A program made the position numbers and the translations under genes. The notes under the pieces were generated by a model. The model was given only the letters and a program-made list of their open reading frames with translations, was not told where the DNA came from and did not search any database. 64,000 nt of DNA from Candidatus Chisholmbacteria bacterium (GTDB taxonomy: Bacteria > Patescibacteriota > Microgenomatia > UBA1400 > Chisholmbacteraceae): contig CAVPHZ010000001.1 in NCBI GenBank assembly GCA_963704905.1, forward strand, positions 259,438-323,437, given 5' to 3'. Below, piece after piece: positions 1 to 8,871 of this stretch (positions are counted from its first letter, which is position 1; each line of letters starts with the position of its first letter).

Positions 1-755
1 AATGACCTCGGCGGCATGAGACGCAGTATTTGAATTATTCCGGGATGAGTGAGATTTGTGGGAATGTGAAATCGAAAACCGAGTTTGTATGCAAGTGGTA
101 ATTGTATGATTAAGTGAAGAAACGCTCCTAGTATTACCCCTACCGCCGGACCAAAAATACCCATGTATGGTGAGAGAAAAACAATGCCGCCGATAATGCT
201 TAGGTTGTACACAATCGGTGAGATCGCGGGAACGAGAAATCGCTGATGTGATTGAATAATTGCTGTTAGAAATCCTGAGCCTGCAAAGAAAATCTGCGCG
301 AGTAAAAAGAACCTGAGAAGTCGTGATAAAAGGAGAAGGTTTTCTGCGTCGAGTGACGGTGCAAGAAGACCTGAAATCTGTGTGCTCAGTAGGAAAAATA
401 TAGTTATCAGAACAATAAACAAAGCGGAAATGATCGTGATTGTTCCTGAGGCTATCTCGGATGCTTCTGCTTCATCTTTTTTCAAGTATTTTGAAAATAC
501 TGGAATAAAGGCTGCGGATAATGCACCGGTAATCAGAAGTTGAAACAAAGTGTCCGGAATAACGAACGCAGCAAAGTACGCATCGAGTTGAGACTCTTGT
601 CCTCCAAAAAACTCCGCTGCTAAAAGTCGGTTGCGAATAAGCCCAAGTACTGAGGATGTAGCATAGGCAACCATAATAATAAACGCCGCCGAAAGAATAT
701 TGGTTTGGCGACGCAATAATAATGCCTTGCTATTACTGAGCAAACCTTTTACCAT
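1..755 (-). CDS. murJ: Lipid II flippase MurJ (MviN), N-terminal ~250 aa; C-terminus lies beyond the window start
   Basis: Minus-strand translation from ATG at 753-755 gives MVKGLLSNSKALLLRRQTNILSAAF...LIRNRLLAAEFFGGQESQLDAYFAAFVIPDTLFQLLITGALSAAFIPVFSKY..., the conserved MurJ N-terminal region. Absent from the ORF track because it runs off the window edge. Confidence 0.75.
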   Translation of the reverse strand, partial: MVKGLLSNSKALLLRRQTNILSAAFIIMVAYATSSVLGLIRNRLLAAEFFGGQESQLDAYFAAFVIPDTLFQLLITGALSAAFIPVFSKYLKKDEAEASEIASGTITIISALFIVLITIFFLLSTQISGLLAPSLDAENLLLLSRLLRFFLLAQIFFAGSGFLTAIIQSHQRFLVPAISPIVYNLSIIGGIVFLSPYMGIFGPAVGVILGAFLHLIIQLPLAYKLGFRFHIPTNLTHPGIIQILRLMPPRS

Positions 756-783
756 GCCAATTCAAGAGTATACCGTTATCTAC

Positions 784-812
784 TTGAGATTTAAAGCAGG
801 AAAGCGTAGAAT
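784..812 (+). promoter_or_regulatory. Sigma70-like promoter upstream of rpsT (TTGAGA-17 nt-TAGAAT)
   Basis: TTGAGA at 784-789, 17-nt spacer, TAGAAT at 807-812, about 14 nt before the rpsT ATG. Confidence 0.45.
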
Positions 813-826
813 ACGTCATCTCAATT

Positions 827-1072
827 ATGCCAATTACATCATCAGCCAAAAAGGCACTACGAAAAGATCGACGTAGAGCTGATATTAATAAACCGAAGCG
901 AACCAAGGTCCGTTTGGCACTTCGTACGGCAAAAGAGACTCAATCGCTAGAACATGTTTCTCAAGCCCATTCAGTTATTGATCGAGCCGCCAAAACTGGT
1001 GTTATTCATCAAAATACAGCATCGCGGCTGAAGTCGCGTCTTCATCGCTTTGTGAAAAAACAATCTTCATAG
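827..1072 (+). CDS. rpsT: 30S ribosomal protein S20
   Basis: 81 aa basic protein MPITSSAKKALRKDRRRADINKPKRTKVR...; S20-like length, charge pattern and SAKKA.R N-terminus. Confidence 0.85.
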   Translation: MPITSSAKKALRKDRRRADINKPKRTKVRLALRTAKETQSLEHVSQAHSVIDRAAKTGVIHQNTASRLKSRLHRFVKKQSS

Positions 1073-1119
1073 TTTCCTTTCTTTTTTGACAGCTTCTGAC
1101 TCTGGCCCTATACTTATTT

Positions 1120-1716
1120 GTGATGGCTGCCCGAAAAGTAAAAATCGACCTACTTCTTCGAAAAGATTTCAGTCAAAAGTCTGCTGGTAAGCTTCTGTTA
1201 TGGGCGCTTACCGTTGGACGATACATCGCAATCTTCACTGAGCTCGTCGTTATCGCAGGAGTTATTGCCCGCTTTACCCTTGATTATCAACGAAATCGAA
1301 TTACTGAGGATATTCTTGAACAACAGGCGTTAGTTGATTCTTATTACTCAACTGAATTACAGATACGACGAGTTCATGCTCAACTTTCAACTGTAGCTCA
1401 GCTTGAAGACAAACAACTTGAGGTGGCTGAGACACTTGAGAAACTTTCAGCAATTACTCCACCTGATCTTCGCGTCGATTCTATGAAATATGATCAGGAA
1501 GCCTTGGAAATTGAGGGCGCTGTTCTCTCTGCACAAGGACTGTCAACGTTTTTATTCGGGCTACAGACTCTCCCGGCGTTTGATGACATCGTGCTTGAAT
1601 CTGTAGAAACTGGTGGTCCAAAAGATCCAAGTATTCACTTTGTCGTGGTGGTAGAACTTGGTGGAATTGTTGAGCAAACACCAACTCAACAACAAGCTAG
1701 TGAATCTGAATTGTGA
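1120..1716 (+). CDS. PilN-like type IV pilus assembly protein (N-terminal TM + coiled-coil); tentative
   Basis: 198 aa; short cytoplasmic N-terminus, one TM (LLLWALTVGRYIAIFTELVVIAGVIA), then a coiled-coil-rich periplasmic part. Translationally coupled to the next ORF. Confidence 0.3.
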   Translation: MMAARKVKIDLLLRKDFSQKSAGKLLLWALTVGRYIAIFTELVVIAGVIARFTLDYQRNRITEDILEQQALVDSYYSTELQIRRVHAQLSTVAQLEDKQLEVAETLEKLSAITPPDLRVDSMKYDQEALEIEGAVLSAQGLSTFLFGLQTLPAFDDIVLESVETGGPKDPSIHFVVVVELGGIVEQTPTQQQASESEL

Positions 1717-1725
1717 GGATATCTT

Positions 1726-2373
1726 ATGGCATTTGAACAATCATCTATCCGTCGATATGGCCGCTTTTACCGTAATGCTCGAAAATATGCGTCTCGGCGC
1801 GAGGTGCTGATTTCTACTTATCTTATTTTGTCACTCTTTACTGTGTCATTTTTTGCGGCTGTTTTTATTCGTCCAACTGCTGTAAAAATTGCACGACTAT
1901 GGCGAGAAATCCAAGACAAGCGAACGGTTCAGACACAACTTGAGAAAAAAATACGAGATTTGGAGAAAGCACAGACTCTGTATACGTCAATTGAAGATGA
2001 GCTTTACCTTCTTGAGCGCGCTCTACCAACAGAGCCTCATTTCAATCGATTTGTACAGAAAATTGAATATTTATCATCAATACATGAAGTACGATTACAT
2101 TCTGGTCACTATTCGAGCGTCGAGCTCTACCGCCAAGAACCGGCTACCGCTTCTTCATCAGAGCTTGTTGCCTATCCGTTTGATATCACTTTACAAGGTT
2201 CATTTTCAGGCTTGAAAGAATTTGCTCAAGACTTGCAATCACTTGATCGTATGATCAGTCTTACCTCAATTTCGATGAGTCCTGTAGCAAGTCAGGAGCA
2301 AGAAGGAATTTATGAGTTGAGTGCGACAATTGAATCCTTGATGTATGCGTTTCCTGAGGGTCTTGAATATTAA
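1726..2373 (+). CDS. PilO-like pilus assembly protein; tentative
   Basis: 215 aa; one TM (LISTYLILSLFTVSFFAAVFI) then a coiled coil (QDKRTVQTQLEKKIRDLEKAQ) and a C-terminal domain. PilN-PilO-like architecture. Confidence 0.3.
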   Translation: MAFEQSSIRRYGRFYRNARKYASRREVLISTYLILSLFTVSFFAAVFIRPTAVKIARLWREIQDKRTVQTQLEKKIRDLEKAQTLYTSIEDELYLLERALPTEPHFNRFVQKIEYLSSIHEVRLHSGHYSSVELYRQEPATASSSELVAYPFDITLQGSFSGLKEFAQDLQSLDRMISLTSISMSPVASQEQEGIYELSATIESLMYAFPEGLEY

Positions 2374-2390
2374 TTAGTTTACACAATCCA

Positions 2391-2735
2391 ATGCCTACCA
2401 GCGAACAAATCAAAAAACAACTTTTTGAGTTGGGAATTCTTACACTTATCACCGTGCTGGTTTGGACTGGATATGGTGTGTATACCGCACTTACAGAACC
2501 ATCTCAATCACAAGTGACAAAAGAGGAATTGAGAACTGTTCCAACTAACCTCGATTTAAAGCAGCTCGAATCTCTTAAAAATAAAGTAGTCATTGATGAT
2601 AATACACTTACTAATTTTTCTTCAGGGAGAAAACCAGTTATAGAGGAAGGTACTCCCTCAGCATTACTTACACCCCCTCTAACCGAAGTGAGCGAGTCAA
2701 CATCGTCAGCCGCTCCTTCAAGCTTTAATCAATAA
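2391..2735 (+). CDS. Hypothetical single-pass membrane protein with Ser/Thr/Pro-rich tail
   Basis: 114 aa, TM GILTLITVLVWTGYGVY; same operon as the PilN/O-like genes. Confidence 0.3.
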   Translation: MPTSEQIKKQLFELGILTLITVLVWTGYGVYTALTEPSQSQVTKEELRTVPTNLDLKQLESLKNKVVIDDNTLTNFSSGRKPVIEEGTPSALLTPPLTEVSESTSSAAPSSFNQ

Positions 2736-2786
2736 CAAATTCGTCATGCATCCTATTGAGTTGATACAAAGTTTAGTGCTAGTATT

Positions 2787-4229
2787 GTGTTGATGCTTAA
2801 AAAGCGAATACCCACCATTTTGGGAATTTTTTTGTTGCTCGTAGGTATTGCGGCTGGTGTTTATTTGGTTGAACTTGGCCCGCAGTCTTTCACAACTCGG
2901 GCTAACCCAGAACTTCAACCAACGGGTGTGCGGGTATCAAATACTAGCGATAGATCTTTCACTGTATCTTGGAGAACTGAAGCTGCTTCACTCGGTTTTG
3001 TGCGTTATGGCGAAAATCGTTCATCACTTACCTTATCAGCGTTAGATAGTCGAGATGATGAAGGTAGTAGTGAACGATCGTTTACGAATCATTATGTTGA
3101 TGTTACGGGACTTACGCCACAGAAAACGTATTATTTTGAAATCATTTCTGGATCTGATTCGTCAGTTTTCAATGATGAGGGAAGCCCATTTTTGGTAACC
3201 ACAGGAGCTGCGTTACCACCTTCTGCATTATCAGATACTTCATATGGATCACTTTATTATCCCGATCTTAGTCCTGCAGAAGGCACGATTATTTATCTTA
3301 GCCTATCGAGTGGTACTGAGCTTTCTTCACTCACAGGTGCATCTGGAACTTGGGCAGTACCTCTATCGACAATGCGCAGTGATGATCTTTCCTCATACCT
3401 TGAGTATGATCGATCCGGCGCGGAGCTTCGTATTCTGGCACTAGGTCCTGATGGTTCACAAGCATCGGCAATCACTACAACGGGAAACGATTCACCTGTT
3501 AATGATCTGGTCCTTGGGGAGTCATATGACTTTACTATCTCACCGGTAGTTGATGGGTCACCAACAACACAAGAAAGTCAGTTTTCTCTCGAAGATTTTG
3601 ACGTCGATGTATCTACTCTTCCTTTAGAGAATGCCGTAACTGTTGAAAACATCTCTGAGGGAGAATCGGTCAATACTCAGCAACCAGCATTTGTGGGCGA
3701 GGCTCCACCAGGAGCGACTCTTGAAATTGTTCTAGAATCAAATCAACCTATATCAGACACTGTGGTGGTTGGCAATTCTGGTGAGTGGTCATGGTCTCCA
3801 TCGACATCACTTGAACCAGGACCACACACCATAACTCTTCGTTGGCTTGACGTAAATGGAATTAGTCGAGTTTTCACCCGAAACTTCGTCGTTTTCGCTC
3901 AAGGAGAGAGTTCTTTACCGTCATTTGAGGCAACTCCTTCTGCTTCACCGACTCCTGTAGAACTCGCTCAAGGTCCAAGCCCAACACCTCCTCCGGTATC
4001 ACAACCAACTCTTACTCCCACAGCTGCACCAACACCCGTTCCAACGGCTGTACCGACTTTAGCGCCATCACCCAGGGTGACACCGAGCACGTCATCGCCA
4101 TCCTCTTCGGCAACTGATCCATCTCTTCCTGTTCCTGGTACTGGTTTCTTTAGTATCGGAGTGGTTATCTTTGGTATTCTTTTGAGCGTGATTGGCTCCT
4201 CAGTTCTTTTCTTGAAACGATCAACATAA
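2787..4229 (+). CDS. Secreted/surface protein with N-terminal signal-anchor, FN3-like domain, Thr/Pro-rich linker and C-terminal hydrophobic anchor
   Basis: 480 aa. N-terminal TM/signal (IPTILGIFLLLVGIAAGVYLV). FN3-like block (TGVRVSNTSDRSFTVSWRTEAASLGFVRYGENRSSL...TGLTPQKTYYFEIISG). Long P/T/S-rich linker (TPSASPTPVELAQGPSPTPPPVSQPTLTPTAAPTPVPTAVPT...). C-terminus ...SLPVPGTGFFSIGVVIFGILLSVIGSSVLFLKRST = motif + TM + basic tail. Confidence 0.5.
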   Translation: MLMLKKRIPTILGIFLLLVGIAAGVYLVELGPQSFTTRANPELQPTGVRVSNTSDRSFTVSWRTEAASLGFVRYGENRSSLTLSALDSRDDEGSSERSFTNHYVDVTGLTPQKTYYFEIISGSDSSVFNDEGSPFLVTTGAALPPSALSDTSYGSLYYPDLSPAEGTIIYLSLSSGTELSSLTGASGTWAVPLSTMRSDDLSSYLEYDRSGAELRILALGPDGSQASAITTTGNDSPVNDLVLGESYDFTISPVVDGSPTTQESQFSLEDFDVDVSTLPLENAVTVENISEGESVNTQQPAFVGEAPPGATLEIVLESNQPISDTVVVGNSGEWSWSPSTSLEPGPHTITLRWLDVNGISRVFTRNFVVFAQGESSLPSFEATPSASPTPVELAQGPSPTPPPVSQPTLTPTAAPTPVPTAVPTLAPSPRVTPSTSSPSSSATDPSLPVPGTGFFSIGVVIFGILLSVIGSSVLFLKRST

Positions 4230-4263
4230 CTTTCCCTGTCTTTCGAACTGGTACAATACCTGC

Positions 4264-5535
4264 ATGCGTGTGGCTATTGTTGGAGCAGGATTTGTTGGCC
4301 TCACAAGTGCTTTCCGTTTACTTCAGCAAGGTCTGCAGGTCGAATTATTTGAAGCTTCGGAAATTCCGGGTGGTTTAGCCAGTGGATTTCAGCTTCCTCA
4401 GTGGGATTGGCCACTTGAACGGTTTTATCATCATATCTTTTCAAATGACCAGTCAATTATCCGACTTTCTCGCGAGATTGGTTGGCCAGCTCAATTCTAC
4501 CGACCAACGACTTCTCTTTATTACAACCAGGATATTTTTCCGTTTGACTCTGCTAAACATCTACTTGCATTTCCACATCTCACAATAGGTGAACGACTCC
4601 GAATGGGAGCAACGTTGGGTTTTTTAAAGATTACTCCTTTCTGGAAACCACTTGAGCATGTCGAAGCAGATAATTTTCTTTCCTTACTCATGGGTTCTCG
4701 TGGATATGAGACTGTATGGAAACCTTTGCTTAAAGCAAAATTTGGTCCTCATTATAAGAAGGTCAATGCTGCGTGGTTTTGGGCTCGGATACATAAGCGA
4801 ACACCAACACTGGGATATTTTCAACGTGGATTCCAAGGACTTGCAGATCAATTAACTCATGAGATACGTCTGCTTGGAGGAAGTATTCACTTAAACTCTC
4901 CTGTAGTAAGCATTGAGAAGAAGAAACGATATTTCAAATTAATCACTCAAGATGGCATTCATTCGTATGATCGAGTTCTCGTGACAACTGCAACACCTTT
5001 ATTTCTATCCATGGTACCTGAACTTCCTCAAGAGTATCGTCGACCGCTTTTAAACATGCAGCATCTTGACGCTCTGGTGGTTACGTTAGTCTCGCGAAAA
5101 TCTGTTATGCAGGATGTTTACTGGTTGAACGTACTTGATGCAAGGTTACCTTTTGTAATAGTAGTTGAGCATACGAATATGATTACTTCTCAACATTATG
5201 GTAACCAACACCTTCTCTACCTTGGTGCATATTTACCCACTAATCATCCGTTCTTCCAGCTCTCAAAACGCACCATTATCTCACTCGCTTTTGACGAACT
5301 ACGATCGATATATCCTACATTTGATGCAGGTAGCATTGTAGATAGCTTTGTTCATAGAGGACGATATGCCCAGCCAGTAGTTCCTATAAACTACTCCCAG
5401 AGAATTCCCAATTTTCGTACTCCCATAAACTATCTCTATCTTGGTAATTTGTCTATGGTGTATCCTTGGGATCGTGGTACAAACTATGCTGTTGAATTGG
5501 GAGAAACGCTGGCGAACATCATTACTCAGTCCTAG
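4264..5535 (+). CDS. FAD/NAD(P)-binding oxidoreductase (amine-oxidase/protoporphyrinogen-oxidase-like fold)
   Basis: N-terminal Rossmann dinucleotide motif MRVAIVGAGFVGLTSAFRL...ELFEASEIPGGLA; 423 aa. Confidence 0.6.
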   Translation: MRVAIVGAGFVGLTSAFRLLQQGLQVELFEASEIPGGLASGFQLPQWDWPLERFYHHIFSNDQSIIRLSREIGWPAQFYRPTTSLYYNQDIFPFDSAKHLLAFPHLTIGERLRMGATLGFLKITPFWKPLEHVEADNFLSLLMGSRGYETVWKPLLKAKFGPHYKKVNAAWFWARIHKRTPTLGYFQRGFQGLADQLTHEIRLLGGSIHLNSPVVSIEKKKRYFKLITQDGIHSYDRVLVTTATPLFLSMVPELPQEYRRPLLNMQHLDALVVTLVSRKSVMQDVYWLNVLDARLPFVIVVEHTNMITSQHYGNQHLLYLGAYLPTNHPFFQLSKRTIISLAFDELRSIYPTFDAGSIVDSFVHRGRYAQPVVPINYSQRIPNFRTPINYLYLGNLSMVYPWDRGTNYAVELGETLANIITQS

Positions 5536-7162
5536 CATTATCGCTCTCATTATTGTCGGGCTTATTTTACGGTTTTCTCATCTTGCATGGGGAAGTCCAT
5601 ATTTTTTTCATCCTGATGAGCGGAATATCGCTTCAGCGATTACTCGTTTAGAAATTCCAACTAACTACAATCCAGAGTTTTTTGCCTATGGTGGATTTCC
5701 AATATATCTGAATTTTTTCTTGCAATTTATACTCTCATTGTTTGGGATTATCATCGGGGTAGATCCATTCTCTTCCGCTGTGTATATCGGACGATTCCTT
5801 TCTGCTTTCTCATCAGTTGCGAGTATTCCTCTGACATTTCTGGTAGGAAAACGACTTTTTAATACACGTGTCGGGTTTCTCGCTATGCTTCTCGTAACTT
5901 TTAATGCTGGGCTCATTCAATATGCTCATTTTGGCACATTTGAGAGCATTCTTGCTCTCCTATACTTGCTTCTTGTTTTTGCATCACATCAGGTCATTAT
6001 AAAAAACTCTCTTATTTCCTGGATTTCTCTAGGGTTCATTGCTGGTCTATCTATAGGAACAAAAGTGACCAGTTTGCTCGTGCTCGGAGTCTATCCATAT
6101 CTGTTTTTCCTGCTACTCTATGGTGGTCAGGTTAAGAATCGTTGGCAACGGATTATCTTTCCTATGATTGTTTCGGTTGTACTGGCCGGGTTGATTTTCA
6201 TTGTGACCAATCCATATGTTCTCCTTGATTTTTCAAGTTTTCAAACAAGCGTATTGGCTGAAAGCAGTATCGCAAGTGGCTCAATTCCTGCCTTTTATAC
6301 ACGTCAATTTATTGATACTCTCCCAGTCATTTTTCATTTTTCGTCGATCTTTCCCTGGATATTGGGTTGGGGGCTGACTTTGGTTTTGCCGTTTGCAATT
6401 CTCTATGGCATTTGGACATTTAAGCTCGGAGATCAGAATTTCAAGCTATTATTCGTGGCTGTTATTCCGCATCTGATTTTCGATTTTTTTCTTTTTGCAA
6501 AGTGGACACGATATATTGTTCCACTTCTTCCTCTAATTATTATTCTCGTAACTGCGTTTTTAATTCATGCTCTTCAGTCACGAAATCAATTCAAACACTT
6601 ACTGATCACTTCGGTTCTATTTGGTGTTATTGTTACGACCTTGATATCTGGGTTATCTATGTATTCTGTTTATCGTAGACCAGATACTCGAATTGAGGCT
6701 GCTGCTTGGACTCAAGAATATATTCCTACATCTGCTTTGATACTGACCGAATCCAACGATCTTGGTATTCTTCCGTTCAGTCGAGATAGTGTTACTGCAT
6801 TTAATTTTTATGATCTTGATACTCCTTCCCAGAAAGCAACTGCCGTTCAACAGCTGATTGTTCAACTTGAGCGCAGTGATTACGTGCTGATTTTGAGTCG
6901 AAGGGTTTGGAGAAGTGTTCTGGCTCATCCTGAACGATTTCCGATTACCTCTCGCTTCTACTCCACACTCTTGGACAGAAGTTTGGGTTATTCACTCGTT
7001 CAGACTTTTTCAGCGTATCCAAATTTATTGGGTTGGGAATTTCCGGATAATGAAGCAGAGGAGACTTTTCGCGTTTTTGATCATCCGACACTGTACCTTT
7101 TTCATAAAGACGAGGTCAATTCAGCAGACTTTTATTATTCTATGCTGAATGGCGATATATGA
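5486..7162 (+). CDS. Polytopic membrane protein, putative GT-C-fold glycosyltransferase ('HPDERF' first-loop motif), paralog A
   Basis: >10 predicted TMs; first extracytoplasmic loop SHLAWGSPYFFHPDERN, a DE-containing motif as in ArnT/PMT-type GT-C enzymes. The track start 5441 is TTG and overlaps the upstream gene by 95 nt; first in-frame ATG is 5486, so the start is uncertain. Confidence 0.5.
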   Translation: MLLNWEKRWRTSLLSPSIIALIIVGLILRFSHLAWGSPYFFHPDERNIASAITRLEIPTNYNPEFFAYGGFPIYLNFFLQFILSLFGIIIGVDPFSSAVYIGRFLSAFSSVASIPLTFLVGKRLFNTRVGFLAMLLVTFNAGLIQYAHFGTFESILALLYLLLVFASHQVIIKNSLISWISLGFIAGLSIGTKVTSLLVLGVYPYLFFLLLYGGQVKNRWQRIIFPMIVSVVLAGLIFIVTNPYVLLDFSSFQTSVLAESSIASGSIPAFYTRQFIDTLPVIFHFSSIFPWILGWGLTLVLPFAILYGIWTFKLGDQNFKLLFVAVIPHLIFDFFLFAKWTRYIVPLLPLIIILVTAFLIHALQSRNQFKHLLITSVLFGVIVTTLISGLSMYSVYRRPDTRIEAAAWTQEYIPTSALILTESNDLGILPFSRDSVTAFNFYDLDTPSQKATAVQQLIVQLERSDYVLILSRRVWRSVLAHPERFPITSRFYSTLLDRSLGYSLVQTFSAYPNLLGWEFPDNEAEETFRVFDHPTLYLFHKDEVNSADFYYSMLNGDI

Positions 7163-8871
7163 GAACCTTTCGAGTGATAGTCATTCTTATTGTAATATTG
7201 TCACTTGGGGTACTGTTTCGTTTTTACGGTTTGAATTGGGATTCAAATCAACATCTTCATCCGGATGAACGATTCTTGACTCTGGTTACTCTTGATACGC
7301 ACTGGCCAAAAACATTTGCACAATACCTTACTCCTAATTTGTCACCACTTAACCCGTACAATGCTGGACACTCGTTCTTTGTCTATGGAACGTTCCCGCT
7401 AACACTTGTGAAGTTTCTTTCTTCGGTAATCACACTTCATTCAAATCCGTATCACAACATTACGCTGGTTGGGCGTGTAGCATCAGCTTTTTTTGATCTT
7501 GGAACGCTTATAGTTGTTTTTCTCATTGGCCGAAAGGTTTTTGGACAACGAGTGGGCCTAGTTGCAAGTTTTGTATATGCTTTGATGGTCCTTCCTATCC
7601 AACTCTCGCATTTCTTTGCTGTTGATACGTTTCTGGTTTTTTTTACGGTTCTCTCGTTCTACTTCATCCTATTCTCTGTTCCGAAAAAATTGTGTTGGCC
7701 TATGATTGTATTGAGCGGATGCTCATTTGGTTTGGGAATGGGAAGTAAGGTATCTGCTCTGATAATGCTTCCTGTTTTATTGATCGGATTGGCTTTTTCT
7801 GGAATGAAGAAATCGACACTTGTTTTAACATTTTCTGCTCTGGGTATGTTTCTTCTTTCTGCTTTGGTTGCCTTCCGAATCGCTGACCCACATGCTTTTT
7901 CCTCACAATCTGTCCTTGATTTACAATTTAACCATCAGTTTATTGATAATCTGAAACAGTTGAGACAATTCAACGCTCCCGAAACTCGCTTTCCCCCCTC
8001 GATTCAATGGATCTCGACCACACCTTATCTCTTTCCTTTGAAGAACATGCTGCTATGGGGTCTGGGTATCCCTCTAGGAATAATCACTTTCGTGGGTGTT
8101 TTTTATTACCTTTTAGTTGTTGTTGTGCAATTACGATCTTATTCCAAAAAAAATAAATTTTCTTTCACAACTATACCTGTTCAGCAATTATTTCAACTTT
8201 TGATTCTTATTTATATTTCTATTGTTTTTGTTTACCAGGGTGGGCAGTTTTCAAAGGCAATGAGGTATTTTTACCCAATATACCCTTTCCTTTCACTCGT
8301 AGCTGCTTTCTTTATAACTCAGATTATTATAAGAGTGATGAGTCGACGTTATTTTGTGCAGTTAGTAGTTTCTCTTGTTATCGTTTTTTATCCCTTCTCT
8401 TTTTTATCTATTTACTCTCGTCCACATTCCCGGGTTGTAGCGTCGCAGTGGATTTACGAGCACATACCTGTGAATTCCATCATCTCTTGCGAGTATTGGG
8501 ATGATTGCTTGCCACTTTCGCTTGGATCTAATTTTCCATCTCTCTATTCCACTGAAGTACTTCACCTTTATGATCCTGATACTCCTCAAAAGTGGGGCTT
8601 TATTAGTCAACAACTGGAAAAATTGGACTATTTCATACTCTCTTCAAATCGGCTCTCGGGTTCGATATCGCGTGTTCCCTCCCTTTACCCTCAAACATCT
8701 ACATTTTACAAAGACCTGTTTTCAGGAGCGCTTGGTTTTGAGCAAGTTGCTGAATTCACTTCACGTCCTACCATTCCGTTTTTGGATATTGAATTGGCCG
8801 ATGACGGAGCGGATGAGTCGTTTACAGTCTATGACCATCCGAAAGTGATGATTTTTCGTAAGAAATATTAA
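7159..8871 (+). CDS. Polytopic membrane protein, putative GT-C-fold glycosyltransferase ('HPDERF' motif), paralog B
   Basis: 570 aa; N-terminus MRTFRVIVILIVILSLGVLFRFYGLNWDSNQHLHPDERF parallels paralog A. 4-nt overlap with the upstream paralog. Confidence 0.55.
   Translation: MRTFRVIVILIVILSLGVLFRFYGLNWDSNQHLHPDERFLTLVTLDTHWPKTFAQYLTPNLSPLNPYNAGHSFFVYGTFPLTLVKFLSSVITLHSNPYHNITLVGRVASAFFDLGTLIVVFLIGRKVFGQRVGLVASFVYALMVLPIQLSHFFAVDTFLVFFTVLSFYFILFSVPKKLCWPMIVLSGCSFGLGMGSKVSALIMLPVLLIGLAFSGMKKSTLVLTFSALGMFLLSALVAFRIADPHAFSSQSVLDLQFNHQFIDNLKQLRQFNAPETRFPPSIQWISTTPYLFPLKNMLLWGLGIPLGIITFVGVFYYLLVVVVQLRSYSKKNKFSFTTIPVQQLFQLLILIYISIVFVYQGGQFSKAMRYFYPIYPFLSLVAAFFITQIIIRVMSRRYFVQLVVSLVIVFYPFSFLSIYSRPHSRVVASQWIYEHIPVNSIISCEYWDDCLPLSLGSNFPSLYSTEVLHLYDPDTPQKWGFISQQLEKLDYFILSSNRLSGSISRVPSLYPQTSTFYKDLFSGALGFEQVAEFTSRPTIPFLDIELADDGADESFTVYDHPKVMIFRKKY

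Noticed and set aside
1481-3475. Multiple 60-110 aa ORFs nested within or antisense to larger genes (e.g. 1481..1684-, 1889..2215+, 2848..3045+, 3244..3444+, 3293..3475-)
   Set aside because: Fully contained in well-supported longer CDSs with no independent RBS or conservation signal; treated as six-frame noise.
4120-4229. Reading 'SLPVPGTG' in the surface protein as a sortase LPXTG motif
   Set aside because: The Thr of LPxTG is replaced (LPVPG-TG) and the motif equally resembles a degenerate PGF-CTERM. It is reported as a sorting-signal-like tail of unknown class rather than called as LPXTG.
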